Shown: positions 1 through 10,714, counted from the first letter of the whole stretch. The stretch: 59,706 bases of DNA, filler included, from 4 parts of 4 records of this genome joined end to end with filler, not necessarily neighbours in it; one strand, 5' to 3'. A program made the numbers and translations. The notes: a model not told the origin generated them from the sequence alone.

Positions 1-65
1 TCTACTGGCTTTGAAACTCAATGAGTCCAGACCCTAGGCAATTCCACAAAAGTTAAAAACAAGAG

Positions 66-1178
66 ATGAAAACAGAGAATCGGCCTCCCAAAGATCTTCC
101 TCCGCGCAAACGGGTATTGATTGTCTTCGATAATTTCCACCACTATCGCATGGATCTTTGCGAATACCTTGGTAAGAATCTGGATCTAACGATTGTTCAC
201 GCCAGCCGACCATACGCGAGTAGCGACGCGAGCTTTCAGGAAATCTCAATACCCGCGCGCCGTTTTTGGAAGTTTCGGTATCAGCCCGGCTTGCTTCCCT
301 TGGTAAGAAAAGGCGATTTCGACGCCGTGATTTACATGTTCGATGTTGCCTGGGTCAGCACCGCTCTTGCATTCCTACTCGCGCCTCGCAAAGTGAAACG
401 AATAATTTGGGGGTTCTGGCTGACGAAATCCGAAGTGGCGAACAAGGTAAGGGCTTGGTTCGCCTCTCGCGCGGACGAAAATGTGTTCTACTCTACTTCC
501 GCAGCCAAGGATTTTCGCAATTTGGGCATCCCGGTAGAAAAACTATGGGTCGCGCGGAATTCCGTCAAAGTGGAAATGGACACCAGACCATCCCAGCCAT
601 CAAGACGAAATGTCTTGTTCTTGGGGTCATTTAACTGCCGCAAACGAAACGATGTTGCGGTAAGGGCTTTTGACAGCATTTGCGACAAACTGCCGGCGGA
701 CATCCAGTTCGTTTTTGTGGGGGATGGGTCTGCAAAGGCTGACGTCATACAGCTAGCAAAGTCTTTGAAAAACTCTGATCGATTCGTGTTCAGAAAGGGA
801 ACGATTGACGATGGTGAAATCCAGCAGTTGTATCGAAATGCAATCGTCTCGGTTTCTTTCGGACAGGCGGGATTGTCTGTCCTGCAAAGCCTCGGCTATG
901 GGGTTCCCTTTATCTCTTCGGTTGGAGCGATATCTGGCGGGGAAATCGAAAATATCCGAAACGGCGAGACCGGCATACTTTGTGAACCGACGGAAGCATC
1001 CCTAAGCAAAGCTATCTTGAAATTTTGCAGTGACCCGGTTTTTTGTGAACAGATCGGACAGTCTGCACATCAATACTACAAGAGCCGTTGCACCATCGAG
1101 AAAATGGCAAGTGGCTTCCTGGATGCCATAGACGGAAAGGCCAGCAATCTGATTGAGAAGGCTGAGATCAGTCAGTGA
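66..1178 (+). CDS. Glycosyltransferase family 4 (GT-B fold)
   Basis: 370-aa ORF with C-terminal Glycos_transf_1-like segment (FLGSFNCRKRND, FVGDG, GLSVLQSLGYGVPFIS, IRNGETG); polysaccharide-cluster context. Confidence 0.85.
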   Translation: MKTENRPPKDLPPRKRVLIVFDNFHHYRMDLCEYLGKNLDLTIVHASRPYASSDASFQEISIPARRFWKFRYQPGLLPLVRKGDFDAVIYMFDVAWVSTALAFLLAPRKVKRIIWGFWLTKSEVANKVRAWFASRADENVFYSTSAAKDFRNLGIPVEKLWVARNSVKVEMDTRPSQPSRRNVLFLGSFNCRKRNDVAVRAFDSICDKLPADIQFVFVGDGSAKADVIQLAKSLKNSDRFVFRKGTIDDGEIQQLYRNAIVSVSFGQAGLSVLQSLGYGVPFISSVGAISGGEIENIRNGETGILCEPTEASLSKAILKFCSDPVFCEQIGQSAHQYYKSRCTIEKMASGFLDAIDGKASNLIEKAEISQ

Positions 1179-1307
1179 ATTGTGACGCCTTTTCCATTTG
1201 CACTTGTGCACTTGGGGCGGCGGCTCACAAAGCAATCTCAAAACCAATTGCGCTCAAATATTTCCCGAATATTTGTGACGAAACCTCTTTCAAGGAGAAT
1301 CTGACCA

Positions 1308-2447
1308 ATGGATGCTAAGAGCATAACCGTTTGTTCGAACTGCGTCATGGACACTACTGACTCGGCGCTCACATTCGACAAACATGGCGTCTGTGATCAT
1401 TGCCGGGATTTCAAGGACAACGTCGAGCCGAACTGGCACACGGACGTACGCGGTCATGCGGCGCTGTCTCGCACCATCGACGAAGTTCGGAAGGCAGGCA
1501 AAGGACAGGACTTCGACTGTATCCTTGGCCTTAGCGGTGGCCTGGACAGCTCGTACATGCTGCACCTTCTGGTCAAGGAATACGGCCTGCGCCCCCTGGT
1601 CTTCCACGTCGATGGCGGCTGGAACAGCGACCTGGCGGTGAACAACATCCAGATGCTGGTCGAAAAGCTTGGCCTTGACCTTTTCACCGAGGTCATCGAC
1701 TGGGAAGACATGCGTGACTTCCAGCTTGCCTTCTTCAAATCGGGCATCTCGCAGATCGATATCCCGCAGGATCATGCTTTTGTCGCGACTTTGTACAAAT
1801 TCGCGAACAAGTATGGCGTCAAACACATCATGAACGGCGGCAACATTTCCACCGAATGTGTACGCAACCCGCTGGAGTGGCTGTATTACGGCACCGACAT
1901 GTGGCTGATCAACGACATCCGCAAACAGTTTTGCACGCGACCGCTGGCCAACTATCCTTTCAGTTCCGTGCTGTTTCACAAGTTTTATCTGCGTTATATC
2001 CGCCGGGTCCAGGTCGTGCGCCCGCTGAACTACATGCCGTATTCCAAGGAACTGGCGATCAACACGCTGCGCGACGAATACGGTTGGCGCGCCTATCCCC
2101 AGAAGCACTTCGAGAGCCGTTTCACCAAGTTTTTCGAAGGCTACTGGCTGCCGACCCGCTTTGGCTACGACACACGCAAAGTGCAGTTTTCTTCGCTGAT
2201 CCTGACGGGGCAAATGACCCGGGACGAGGCTTTGGAAAAGCTGAAGGTTCCGGCCTATGACCCTGCCACGATCGACGATGAATTCGCCTATATCGCCAAG
2301 AAACTGGGCATCAGCGTCGACGAGTTGCGCCACTATCACACGATGCCGCTGAAAAGCTACAAGGACTATCGCAATCAGGAAGCCCTCTTCAATGCAGGTG
2401 CCAAAGTTCTGCGCGCCGTGGGCATCGAACGCTCGATCAAGCGGTGA
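1308..2447 (+). CDS. wbpG: N-acetyl sugar amidotransferase (WbpG/WbuX family)
   Basis: CSNCVMD...CDHC N-terminus, PP-loop GLSGGLDSS, YPQKHFESRFTKFFEGYWLP; SD AAGGAG upstream; followed by hisH/hisF paralogs. Confidence 0.9.
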   Translation: MDAKSITVCSNCVMDTTDSALTFDKHGVCDHCRDFKDNVEPNWHTDVRGHAALSRTIDEVRKAGKGQDFDCILGLSGGLDSSYMLHLLVKEYGLRPLVFHVDGGWNSDLAVNNIQMLVEKLGLDLFTEVIDWEDMRDFQLAFFKSGISQIDIPQDHAFVATLYKFANKYGVKHIMNGGNISTECVRNPLEWLYYGTDMWLINDIRKQFCTRPLANYPFSSVLFHKFYLRYIRRVQVVRPLNYMPYSKELAINTLRDEYGWRAYPQKHFESRFTKFFEGYWLPTRFGYDTRKVQFSSLILTGQMTRDEALEKLKVPAYDPATIDDEFAYIAKKLGISVDELRHYHTMPLKSYKDYRNQEALFNAGAKVLRAVGIERSIKR

Positions 2448-3070
2448 CCGGCATGTTGTGCATCATTGACTATGGCTCGGGTAATGTTCGCGCAATCGCC
2501 AATATTTGCGAACGTGAGCGGATTCCGTACTTGATCACTCGTGATCCAGTTCGTTTCAAGGAGGCGACACATTTCCTGCTGCCTGGCGTCGGTGCCTTCG
2601 ATCCGACCATTGAAACCTTGCGTGACTCGGGAATCGTCTCGGCTCTGGAAACCGAGGTGAAGACGCATAACAAACCGATCATGGGCATCTGCGTCGGCAT
2701 GCATCTTCTGGCGAATGGCAGTGACGAGGGCCAGCAAGAGGGTCTTGGCTGGATTCCCGGCCATATCACACGCATAGACACCAGCACGCTGTCCAAGCCG
2801 CCGCATCTGCCGCACATGGGCTGGAACAGCATTGCCGGAAAACCGGACGATCCCTTGCTGGACGGCATTGATCAGGAAGGAGGCTTCTACTTTCTTCATT
2901 CGTATTACTTCGACGCGCAGGACCGCGACGATATTGTCGCAACCGTTTCCTACGGCCGCGACCTGGCTTGCATCGTGCGTAGCGGGCATATCATCGGGGC
3001 TCAGTTCCACCCGGAGAAAAGCCACTCCAACGGCATTCGCCTGATCAAGAACTTCATGGGAGTAACCTGA
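2444..3070 (+). CDS. hisH: Glutamine amidotransferase subunit, HisH paralog (WbuY-like); start may be ATG 2453
   Basis: IIDYGSGN, LPGVGAF, GICVGMH nucleophile, PHMGWN, QFHPEKS; overlaps upstream stop. Confidence 0.9.
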   Translation: MTGMLCIIDYGSGNVRAIANICERERIPYLITRDPVRFKEATHFLLPGVGAFDPTIETLRDSGIVSALETEVKTHNKPIMGICVGMHLLANGSDEGQQEGLGWIPGHITRIDTSTLSKPPHLPHMGWNSIAGKPDDPLLDGIDQEGGFYFLHSYYFDAQDRDDIVATVSYGRDLACIVRSGHIIGAQFHPEKSHSNGIRLIKNFMGVT

Positions 3071-3813
3071 TGTTGAAGTCGAGAATTACCCCGTTCCTGC
3101 TTTTGCGTGGCAATGGCTTGGTGAAAACCCAGAAATTCGCCGACCCAAAGTATGTCGGGGATCCGATCAACGCGGTGAAGATCTTCAATGAAAAAGAGGT
3201 CGACGAGCTGACGCTTCTGGACATTGATGCGACGGCATCGGGGCGGGCGCCCAACCTGGCCTTGCTGGAAGACATCGCAGCCGAAAGCCGAATGCCCTTG
3301 TGTTATGGCGGTGGCGTCAAGGATGCAGAAACCGCCGCCCAGATCATCGCACTGGGATACGAGAAAGTGTCCGTCAGCCATGCAGCGCTGGAGCGACCCG
3401 AGCTGGTCCGTGAGATGGCTGACCGCGTCGGGCGCCAAAGTGTTGTGGTGACCATTGACGTGAAGAAAGAAGGCCTGTTCGGAGGCGGCTACAAGGTCTA
3501 TTCGCGCAATGCCAAACAAAAGCACAAGGTTGATCCGATCGAATTTGCCAAGCGGTGTGCTGAAATGGGTGCCGGCGAGATTGTCCTGAACTCGATCGAC
3601 CGGGACGGTATGATGCAGGGCTATGATATCGATTTCGCCAACAAGTTGCGCGCAGCCGTCACAACACCTTTGACTATAGTTGGCGGCGCAGGCTCGGTCG
3701 ATGACTTGCGTGTACTGACCGACGCACTTGGGCCAATAGGCGCCGGCGCCGGCAGCCTTTTCGTGTTCAAGGGCAAGTACCGCGCGGTACTGATCAGCTA
3801 TGCGCGCCCATAG
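3070..3813 (+). CDS. hisF: HisF paralog (WbuZ/HisF2-type, sugar modification)
   Basis: LVKTQKF..PKYVGDPINAVKIFNEKEVDEL, YGGG, GAGEIVLNSIDRDG, AGSLFVFKG. Confidence 0.88.
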   Translation: MLKSRITPFLLLRGNGLVKTQKFADPKYVGDPINAVKIFNEKEVDELTLLDIDATASGRAPNLALLEDIAAESRMPLCYGGGVKDAETAAQIIALGYEKVSVSHAALERPELVREMADRVGRQSVVVTIDVKKEGLFGGGYKVYSRNAKQKHKVDPIEFAKRCAEMGAGEIVLNSIDRDGMMQGYDIDFANKLRAAVTTPLTIVGGAGSVDDLRVLTDALGPIGAGAGSLFVFKGKYRAVLISYARP

Positions 3814-3837
3814 CCCCCCAATGGAAAGCAATTCTTC

Positions 3838-5286
3838 ATGACAGACATTATTTATCCCGTTCTATTGTGTGGAGGGGCCGGTTCACGGCTCTGGCCGTTA
3901 TCTCGCCGCTCCTTTCCAAAGCAGTTCGTACGGCTTCTTGGGGAACAAAGCCTGTTCCAGGAGTCGGCGCTGCGACTTTCCGGGAATGGATTCGCCGCGC
4001 CATTAGTGGTCACCGGGGCCGATTTCCGCTTTGTGGTCATCGAACAGCTTGCGGGGGTGAACATCTCGCCGGCTGACATCCTGATCGAGCCCGAGGCACG
4101 CAACACGGCGGCGGCGGTCTGTGCCGCGGCCTTGTCCCTGCAGGCGCGAGCCGGAGACGTCCTGATGCTTGTTGCGCCTTCGGATCATATCGTCCCGGAT
4201 GCCGATGGCTTTCGCAAGGCGGTTGGGACCGCTGAAGAAATAGCTCGCGCTGGACGACTGATGACGTTTGGGATTCGTCCTACCCGGCCGGAAACAGGGT
4301 ATGGCTGGCTTGAGCTTTCTGAACCATTCGAGAATGGGTTGGACGGCCCCCCCGCGCCACTGAAGAGTTTTGTCGAGAAACCAGACAAGCCGACAGCAGA
4401 AGAACTGTTGGCTGGTGGGCGTCACCTCTGGAACGCCGGTATTTTCATGTTCTCCACACAGGTAATCCTTGATGCCTTTTCAATCCATGCGCCAGAGATA
4501 CTGAAAGCCTGTACTGCATCATTCAACGCGGCCCAAAAGGATCTTTCGTTCACACGCTTGGCTCCGGCTCCATGGTCCACGATCGAAGACATCTCGATTG
4601 ACTTTGCAGTAATGGAACGCGCCGACAACCTATCGGTCATTCCCTTTGGCGAAGCCTGGTCCGATTTGGGCGATTGGGAGGCCGTGTGGCGTGAAAGCGC
4701 CCAGAGCGCCAAGGATACCGTCGTCACCGGTGCGGCCACGGCAATCGACTGCCACGGCGCACTGTTGTACGCCACCAGCGACGCCCAGCATCTTGTAGGC
4801 CTTGGACTAACCGATGTCATTGCAGTGGCCACGCCCGACGCTGTTCTGGTCGCGCACAAAGACCGGGCGCAAGACGTCAAACAGGCTGTTGCAGCCCTAA
4901 AGGCCAAAGGCGTCGCGCAAGCCGAAATCTTGCCGCGCGATTACCGTCCGTGGGGCTGGTATGAAAGCCTGACCGTCGGTCCAAGGTTTCAGGTGAAACG
5001 AATAGTCGTACACCCCGGCCAAGCTCTGTCACTCCAAAGCCATCACCACCGGGCAGAGCATTGGATCGTGGTCGAAGGCACTGCGCGCGTGACAATAGAC
5101 GACGACGTTAGTCTGGTCAGCGAAAACCAGTCTGTTTACATCCCTCTCGGTGCGCTGCACCGGTTGGAGAACCCCGGCAAATTCCCCTTGACTCTCATCG
5201 AAGTTCAGACCGGAGCCTATTTGGGAGAGGACGATATTGTGCGCTATGACGACCGCTACGCACGTGGTCAAGGCGCAAAAGGATGA
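3838..5286 (+). CDS. manC: Mannose-1-phosphate guanylyltransferase / mannose-6-phosphate isomerase
   Basis: PVLLCGGAGSRLWPLSR..PKQF, FVEKP, WNAGIF, C-terminal cupin RPWG...SLQSHHHRAEHW. Confidence 0.95.
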   Translation: MTDIIYPVLLCGGAGSRLWPLSRRSFPKQFVRLLGEQSLFQESALRLSGNGFAAPLVVTGADFRFVVIEQLAGVNISPADILIEPEARNTAAAVCAAALSLQARAGDVLMLVAPSDHIVPDADGFRKAVGTAEEIARAGRLMTFGIRPTRPETGYGWLELSEPFENGLDGPPAPLKSFVEKPDKPTAEELLAGGRHLWNAGIFMFSTQVILDAFSIHAPEILKACTASFNAAQKDLSFTRLAPAPWSTIEDISIDFAVMERADNLSVIPFGEAWSDLGDWEAVWRESAQSAKDTVVTGAATAIDCHGALLYATSDAQHLVGLGLTDVIAVATPDAVLVAHKDRAQDVKQAVAALKAKGVAQAEILPRDYRPWGWYESLTVGPRFQVKRIVVHPGQALSLQSHHHRAEHWIVVEGTARVTIDDDVSLVSENQSVYIPLGALHRLENPGKFPLTLIEVQTGAYLGEDDIVRYDDRYARGQGAKG

Positions 5287-6653
5287 GGAATCTCACCTGC
5301 TTCAAAGCCTATGATATTCGCGGAAGGCTAGGTATCGATCTTGACCCAGGTGTCGCCTATCGGATTGGTCGCGCGTTTGCCAAGGCTCTTGGTGCCAGGA
5401 CAGTCGTCCTTGGCCACGATGTGCGCGCTTCCTCCGAGGAACTAGCACAGGCGATTACCAACGGATTAATCGACGAAGGTTGCGATGTCCTAAGCCTTGG
5501 GCTTTCAGGCACGGAAGAAATGTATTTTGCGACATCGCACTACCAGGCGGACGGTGGGATCTGCGTGACCGCCTCGCACAACCCGATGGACTATAACGGG
5601 ATGAAATTGGTGCGGGAGGGCTCCGCACCGCTTGATGCCGTGAACGCACTGACGACCGTCCGAACCCTGGCGGAAGCTGATGACTTTGGCGCCTCAAAAT
5701 CGGGAGGACGCGTCCGCGACATCGCCGCTGAAGCCCGTGACGCCTATGTCGAGCGCATCCTATCGTTTGTCGACATCAGCTCCCTGAAACCAATAAAGAT
5801 TCTAGTGAATGCAGGGCATGGAACGGCCGGGCCCACCTTTGATGCCATCGCCGATCGGATGGCCACCATGGGGTCACCCCTGCGGTTCGAGACGCTCTTC
5901 CACGCACCCGATTGCAACTTTCCTCAAGGTATACCGAACCCGCTGCTGCCCGAGAACCGCCCGGCCACTGCACAAGCTGTGAAAGAAACCGGCGCGGATT
6001 TCGGTGTGGCCTGGGACGGCGATTTCGACCGCTGCTTCTTTTTCGACCACACAGGGGAATTCATCGACGGAGAATATGTTGTCGGTCTGTTGGCGGAAGC
6101 CTTTTTGGCCAAAAACCCGGGCGAGACGATCATCCACGACCCACGCGTGATCTGGAATACGCGTGATATCGTGGCCAAAGCAGGAGGCTCCGCTGTTCAA
6201 GCGCGAACTGGACATGCCTTCATAAAGCAAGCCATGCGCGATCATCGAGCGATCTATGGCGGAGAAATGAGCGCACATCACTATTTTCGTGATTTCTTCT
6301 ATTGCGACAGCGGCATGATCCCCTGGCTTCTTGTAGCGGAACTGGTAAGTCGCCACGGTGCCCTGGCTGGTCTGGTGCGTGAGCGCAAGACGCGCTTCCC
6401 TTCGTCGGGGGAGATCAACTTCACGCTTGAGGACCCGCAAAGTGCAATCGCCAGAGTGTGCACAGAATTCGAACCTTTGGCCAAACGTGTTGACAGGATG
6501 GACGGATTTGGCTTCGACCTTGGAAGCTGGAGGTTCAACCTGCGGATTTCAAACACCGAGCCGGTTGTGCGTCTCAATGTTGAATCCCTAGGCGACACGA
6601 TAGCACTGAAAGAAGGCAACGCCCTCGTCCAGTCGTTGTTATCTGTTCAATAG
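5283..6653 (+). CDS. manB: Phosphomannomutase
   Basis: FKAYDIRG, TASHNP phosphoserine loop, DGDFDR metal loop, GGEMSAH. Confidence 0.95.
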   Translation: MRNLTCFKAYDIRGRLGIDLDPGVAYRIGRAFAKALGARTVVLGHDVRASSEELAQAITNGLIDEGCDVLSLGLSGTEEMYFATSHYQADGGICVTASHNPMDYNGMKLVREGSAPLDAVNALTTVRTLAEADDFGASKSGGRVRDIAAEARDAYVERILSFVDISSLKPIKILVNAGHGTAGPTFDAIADRMATMGSPLRFETLFHAPDCNFPQGIPNPLLPENRPATAQAVKETGADFGVAWDGDFDRCFFFDHTGEFIDGEYVVGLLAEAFLAKNPGETIIHDPRVIWNTRDIVAKAGGSAVQARTGHAFIKQAMRDHRAIYGGEMSAHHYFRDFFYCDSGMIPWLLVAELVSRHGALAGLVRERKTRFPSSGEINFTLEDPQSAIARVCTEFEPLAKRVDRMDGFGFDLGSWRFNLRISNTEPVVRLNVESLGDTIALKEGNALVQSLLSVQ

Positions 6654-6789
6654 GGGACGCGTTCGGAAGCCGACAGCCATAATGCGCTGGGCCAGCACCC
6701 GGCTTATGACCTTGGTCCAAACCGAGTTAAGACTGACACGACACCGAACCGCCATTGACCCCATATCCTTTCTTTCTAATGGACGAGCA

Positions 6790-8910
6790 ATGAAACAAAT
6801 CCTCCAGAACCTCTCCACCGGCGAATCCGAACTCGTCGAAGCTCCGGCGCCGCAGGCGCGGCGTGGCAGCTTGCTGATCGATACAGCCGTATCCCTGATT
6901 TCCACCGGGACCGAGAGGATGCTGGTCGATTTCGGCAAATCCGGCCTGATCGCCAAGGCGCGTAGCCAGCCTGACAAAGTGCGGCAGGTGCTGGACAAGG
7001 TGTCGACGGACGGGCTGATGACCACCGTCGACGCCGTGCGTTCCAAGCTGGGTCAACCGATCCCGCTGGGCTACTGCAATGTTGGCGTGGTACGCGACGC
7101 GGGTGCCGAGGGTTTCAAAGTCGGTGACCGTGTCGTGTCGAACGGCCCCCATGCTGATGTGGTCAGCGTGCCACGCAACCTGTGCGCGACGATCCCCGAC
7201 AGCGTCAGCGACGAGGCCGCCAGTTTCACCGTGGTGGCCAGTATCGGGCTTCAGGGGCTGCGGCTGGCACAACCGACGCTGGGCGAGGCCTTCGTGGTCA
7301 CCGGCGTCGGGTTGATCGGTCTGTTGACCGTGCAGATGTTGCGCGCTCAGGGTTGCCGGGTGCTGGCGATTGATTTCGACGCTGCGAAGCTGGAGCTTGC
7401 GCGCGGCTTCGGTGCCGAGACCTGCAACCCGGGCGCCGGCGAGGATCCGGTGGCCGCGGGTATGGCCTTCAGCCGGGGACATGGCGTGGATGGCGTGATC
7501 GTCACGGCCTCAACCAAGTCGAGCGATCCGATCACCCAGGCGGCACGCATGTGCCGCAAGCGCGGGCGCATCGTCTTGGTGGGCGTGACTGGACTGGACC
7601 TGAACCGCGCCGATTTCTACGAGAAAGAACTGTCCTTCCAGGTGTCCTGTTCTTATGGCCCCGGCCGTTATGACCCGGCCTATGAAGAGGGCGGGCAGGA
7701 CTATCCGCTGGGCTTCGTGCGCTGGACCGAACAGCGCAATTTCGAGGCTGTGCTGGACATGCTGGCCTCGGGCGCTCTGGATGTCACGCCGCTGATCAGC
7801 CACCGGGTGCCCTTTGACGAGGCCCCGCGCGCCTATCAGTTGCTCTCGACAGACAAGGCGGCGCTGGGGATCTTGCTGACCTATGGCCACGCGACCGCGC
7901 CGCGCCATGTGCGCAGCGTGGCCTTGGCCGAGACGCCCGTCGCGGCCTCGGGCAAGGCGGTGGTCGGGTTCGTCGGGGCGGGGAACTATGCCTCGCGCAT
8001 GTTGATCCCAGCCTTCAAGGCCTCGGGCGCGACCTTGCACAGCATCGCTTCGGCGGGCGGGACCAACGCGGTCGTGCATGGACGGCGGACGGGCTTTGCG
8101 CAGGCGACCTCAGACACCGACGGGCTGATCGCCAACCCCGAGATCAACGCCGTGGCCATCGTCACCCGGCACAACAGCCATGCCCGTCTGAGCGCCCAGG
8201 CCCTGCGCGCGGGCAAGCATGTGTTCGTCGAGAAACCGCTGGCGCTGACGCATGAGGAACTTGAAGACGTCAAGGCGGCCCATGCCGACAGCGGCAAGCA
8301 CCTGATGGTCGGCTTCAACCGCCGCTTTGCACCGCAGGTCCAGACGATGAAGCGCCTCTTGGGCGCGGTGACGGCACCGAAGAGCTTTGTCATGGTAATG
8401 AACGCCGGCGCGATCCCCGCCGATCACTGGATCCAAGACCCCGCGACCGGTGGTGGGCGGATCATCGGCGAGGCCTGCCATTACATCGACCTGATGCGGT
8501 TCCTCGCCGGGTCTGCAATCACTTCGGTTCAGGCGCGGCGCATGGGCGACACGGATGCCGAAGCCGTGACCGAGGACAAGGCCTCGATCACCGTCGGGTT
8601 CGAGGATGGATCATTCGGCACCATCCATTACCTTGCCAATGGCGGTGCATCCTTTGCCAAGGAACGGGTCGAGGTCTTTGCCGCCGGGCGCACCTTGCAG
8701 CTGGACAACTTCCTGAAGTTGCGCGGCTTCAACTGGCCCGGGTTCAAGAAGCAGAACCTATGGCGGCAAGACAAGGGGCAGACGCCTTGTGCGGCGGCCT
8801 TTGTCAAGGCAGTTGAGGCGGGCGGCACGGCCCCGATCCCGGCCGCAGAACTGTTCGAGGTCGCCAAGGTTACCATTGACGTGGCCGAGATCCTGCGCGC
8901 CCAGGCATGA
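6790..8910 (+). CDS. Bi-domain oxidoreductase (MDR dehydrogenase + Gfo/Idh/MocA), WeeE-like
   Basis: Start MKQILQ at ATG 6790; SLISTGTE, GVGLIG, SCSYGPGRYD; second domain GFVGAGNYA, HVFVEKP, VGFNRRF, GGRIIGEACH. Confidence 0.88.
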   Translation: MKQILQNLSTGESELVEAPAPQARRGSLLIDTAVSLISTGTERMLVDFGKSGLIAKARSQPDKVRQVLDKVSTDGLMTTVDAVRSKLGQPIPLGYCNVGVVRDAGAEGFKVGDRVVSNGPHADVVSVPRNLCATIPDSVSDEAASFTVVASIGLQGLRLAQPTLGEAFVVTGVGLIGLLTVQMLRAQGCRVLAIDFDAAKLELARGFGAETCNPGAGEDPVAAGMAFSRGHGVDGVIVTASTKSSDPITQAARMCRKRGRIVLVGVTGLDLNRADFYEKELSFQVSCSYGPGRYDPAYEEGGQDYPLGFVRWTEQRNFEAVLDMLASGALDVTPLISHRVPFDEAPRAYQLLSTDKAALGILLTYGHATAPRHVRSVALAETPVAASGKAVVGFVGAGNYASRMLIPAFKASGATLHSIASAGGTNAVVHGRRTGFAQATSDTDGLIANPEINAVAIVTRHNSHARLSAQALRAGKHVFVEKPLALTHEELEDVKAAHADSGKHLMVGFNRRFAPQVQTMKRLLGAVTAPKSFVMVMNAGAIPADHWIQDPATGGGRIIGEACHYIDLMRFLAGSAITSVQARRMGDTDAEAVTEDKASITVGFEDGSFGTIHYLANGGASFAKERVEVFAAGRTLQLDNFLKLRGFNWPGFKKQNLWRQDKGQTPCAAAFVKAVEAGGTAPIPAAELFEVAKVTIDVAEILRAQA

Positions 8911-10712
8911 GCCGTCGCCTGACACAGGCCAAGACCTACGCCCGGCTGGGTCCGGCCAGCATCGCGCGGGTTGCGGCCTATCGGCTGGGATTGAAAAGCG
9001 GGTGGCATCCGGTCCAGCGGCTTGCGGCGCCCGTGGCGCAGCCGCCGTTTTTTCGGGCCGTTGACACGCCCAGTCAGAACACCGACCGGAACCGCACCTG
9101 GGATGATCGCCTGTGGTGGTTCGGCTGGCATAGCGCGACGTTGCCCGACGCGCCGCCCAATTGGTTCGACAACCCGTTCTCAACCGCGCCGCAACCCGAC
9201 GCGACCCGCGACTGGTGGCGTGTCCCCGATTTCGGCACCGGGGATATCAAGGGGCTGTGGGAATTGTCCCGGATGGATTGGGCCGTCGCTTGGGCGACGA
9301 CCGCGGCCTGTGGCGATGCTCCGGCTCTGGAACGTCTAAACCTATGGCTGGCCGACTGGGCCGACTGCAATCCCCCCTACAGGGGGCCGAACTGGAAATG
9401 CGGGCAAGAGGCCTCGATCCGGGTGATGCACTTGGTCGTTGCGGCTTGGGTGTTGGGACAGGACCGGACACCTGAGGTGAGCCTGATCGATCTGCTGCGC
9501 GCGCATTTGCAGCGCATCGCGCCGACAATGTCTTACGCGATCGGCCAGCAGAACAACCACGGCACGTCCGAAGCCGCCGCGCTGTTCATTGGTGGCAGCT
9601 TTCTGGCGGGCCGCGATCCCCGTGCCGACGCCTGGGCGCGCAAAGGGCGTCGCTGGCTGGAAGAGCGCGCCGCGACCCTGATCGAGCCCGATGGCAGTTT
9701 CAGTCAGTATTCGGTGACCTACCACCGCGTAATGCTAGACACGTACTCTCTGGCCGAAGCGTGGCGACGCCATCGAGGCTTGCCTGAGTTTTCCGAGCGG
9801 CTCAGGGAGCGACTTGCAGTGGCGACGGACTGGCTTTGGACCATGACCGACGCCACGAGCGGCGACGCGCCCAATATTGGTGCAAATGACGGGGCACGCC
9901 TGCTGCAACTCACCGGTACCGACTACCGCGATTTTCGCCCCTCGGTCCAGCTTGCGGCGACCTTGTTTCGCGGTGCCGATGCATTTGGGCCCGGTCCTTG
10001 GTCCACGCCGCTCCGCTGGCTTGGCGCGGCGGATGGAAAACCGGGTGATGCACCCTCAAGCAAAAGCTTTGATCAAGGCGGCTATCACATACTGCGAAAC
10101 GCATCGACCATGGCGGTACTGCGCTATCCGCGCTTCCGCTTCCGCCCCAGCCAGGCGGACGCCCTGCATGTCGATCTGTGGCACAACGGGATCAACCTGC
10201 TGCGCGATGCCGGAACGTATAGCTACAATGCCGAGGGCGCCGAATGGTTCGCAGGCACGGCGGCACACAATACCATCGCGTTCGATGGACGCGACCAGAT
10301 GCCTCGCCTCGGGCGTTTTCTCTTTGGAGACTGGCTCAAGACCATTGCTGTCGAGCCAATCAAGGATGATGTCAAGGCAAGCGCGGCAGCGACATATAAA
10401 GACGCCCGCGGCGCCCGGCATCACCGTGCGGTCACCCTGAGCGCCGGCTCCTTGATTTGCGTTGATACGATATCGGGCAATTTCCAAGAGGCATGCTTGC
10501 GTTGGCGATTGGCACCTAGCGATTGGCATATTGAAGGTAACATCGTCCGAAATGGGAACTATTCGATTGCGATTGAATTCGATGGCATGCCGATCTCCCC
10601 GACACTCGGCACCACGGTGGAATCTCGCTACTACCTGCAGAAAACAGAGATTCCGGAAATCTCGGTCAAGTTGAGCCAACCGGGAACACTCGTCACCAAA
10701 GTTACCTTTTGA
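8907..10712 (+). CDS. Heparinase II/III-like protein, WeeF-like
   Basis: DIKGLWELSR, QQNNHGTSE, DGSFSQYSVTYH, GANDGA, QADALH, DAGTYSY, TAAHNT. Confidence 0.85.
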   Translation: MSRRLTQAKTYARLGPASIARVAAYRLGLKSGWHPVQRLAAPVAQPPFFRAVDTPSQNTDRNRTWDDRLWWFGWHSATLPDAPPNWFDNPFSTAPQPDATRDWWRVPDFGTGDIKGLWELSRMDWAVAWATTAACGDAPALERLNLWLADWADCNPPYRGPNWKCGQEASIRVMHLVVAAWVLGQDRTPEVSLIDLLRAHLQRIAPTMSYAIGQQNNHGTSEAAALFIGGSFLAGRDPRADAWARKGRRWLEERAATLIEPDGSFSQYSVTYHRVMLDTYSLAEAWRRHRGLPEFSERLRERLAVATDWLWTMTDATSGDAPNIGANDGARLLQLTGTDYRDFRPSVQLAATLFRGADAFGPGPWSTPLRWLGAADGKPGDAPSSKSFDQGGYHILRNASTMAVLRYPRFRFRPSQADALHVDLWHNGINLLRDAGTYSYNAEGAEWFAGTAAHNTIAFDGRDQMPRLGRFLFGDWLKTIAVEPIKDDVKASAAATYKDARGARHHRAVTLSAGSLICVDTISGNFQEACLRWRLAPSDWHIEGNIVRNGNYSIAIEFDGMPISPTLGTTVESRYYLQKTEIPEISVKLSQPGTLVTKVTF

Positions 10713-10714
10713 TC

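Noticed and set aside
1290-2339. 349-aa antisense ORF over wbpG (also 3001-3831, 6727-7482, 18382-19272, 38726-39559, 52814-53770)
   Set aside because: Shadow ORFs opposite well-supported GC-rich genes, with no recognisable motifs
2444-3813. Histidine biosynthesis operon
   Set aside because: No other his genes; context and motifs fit the glycan-modification paralogs
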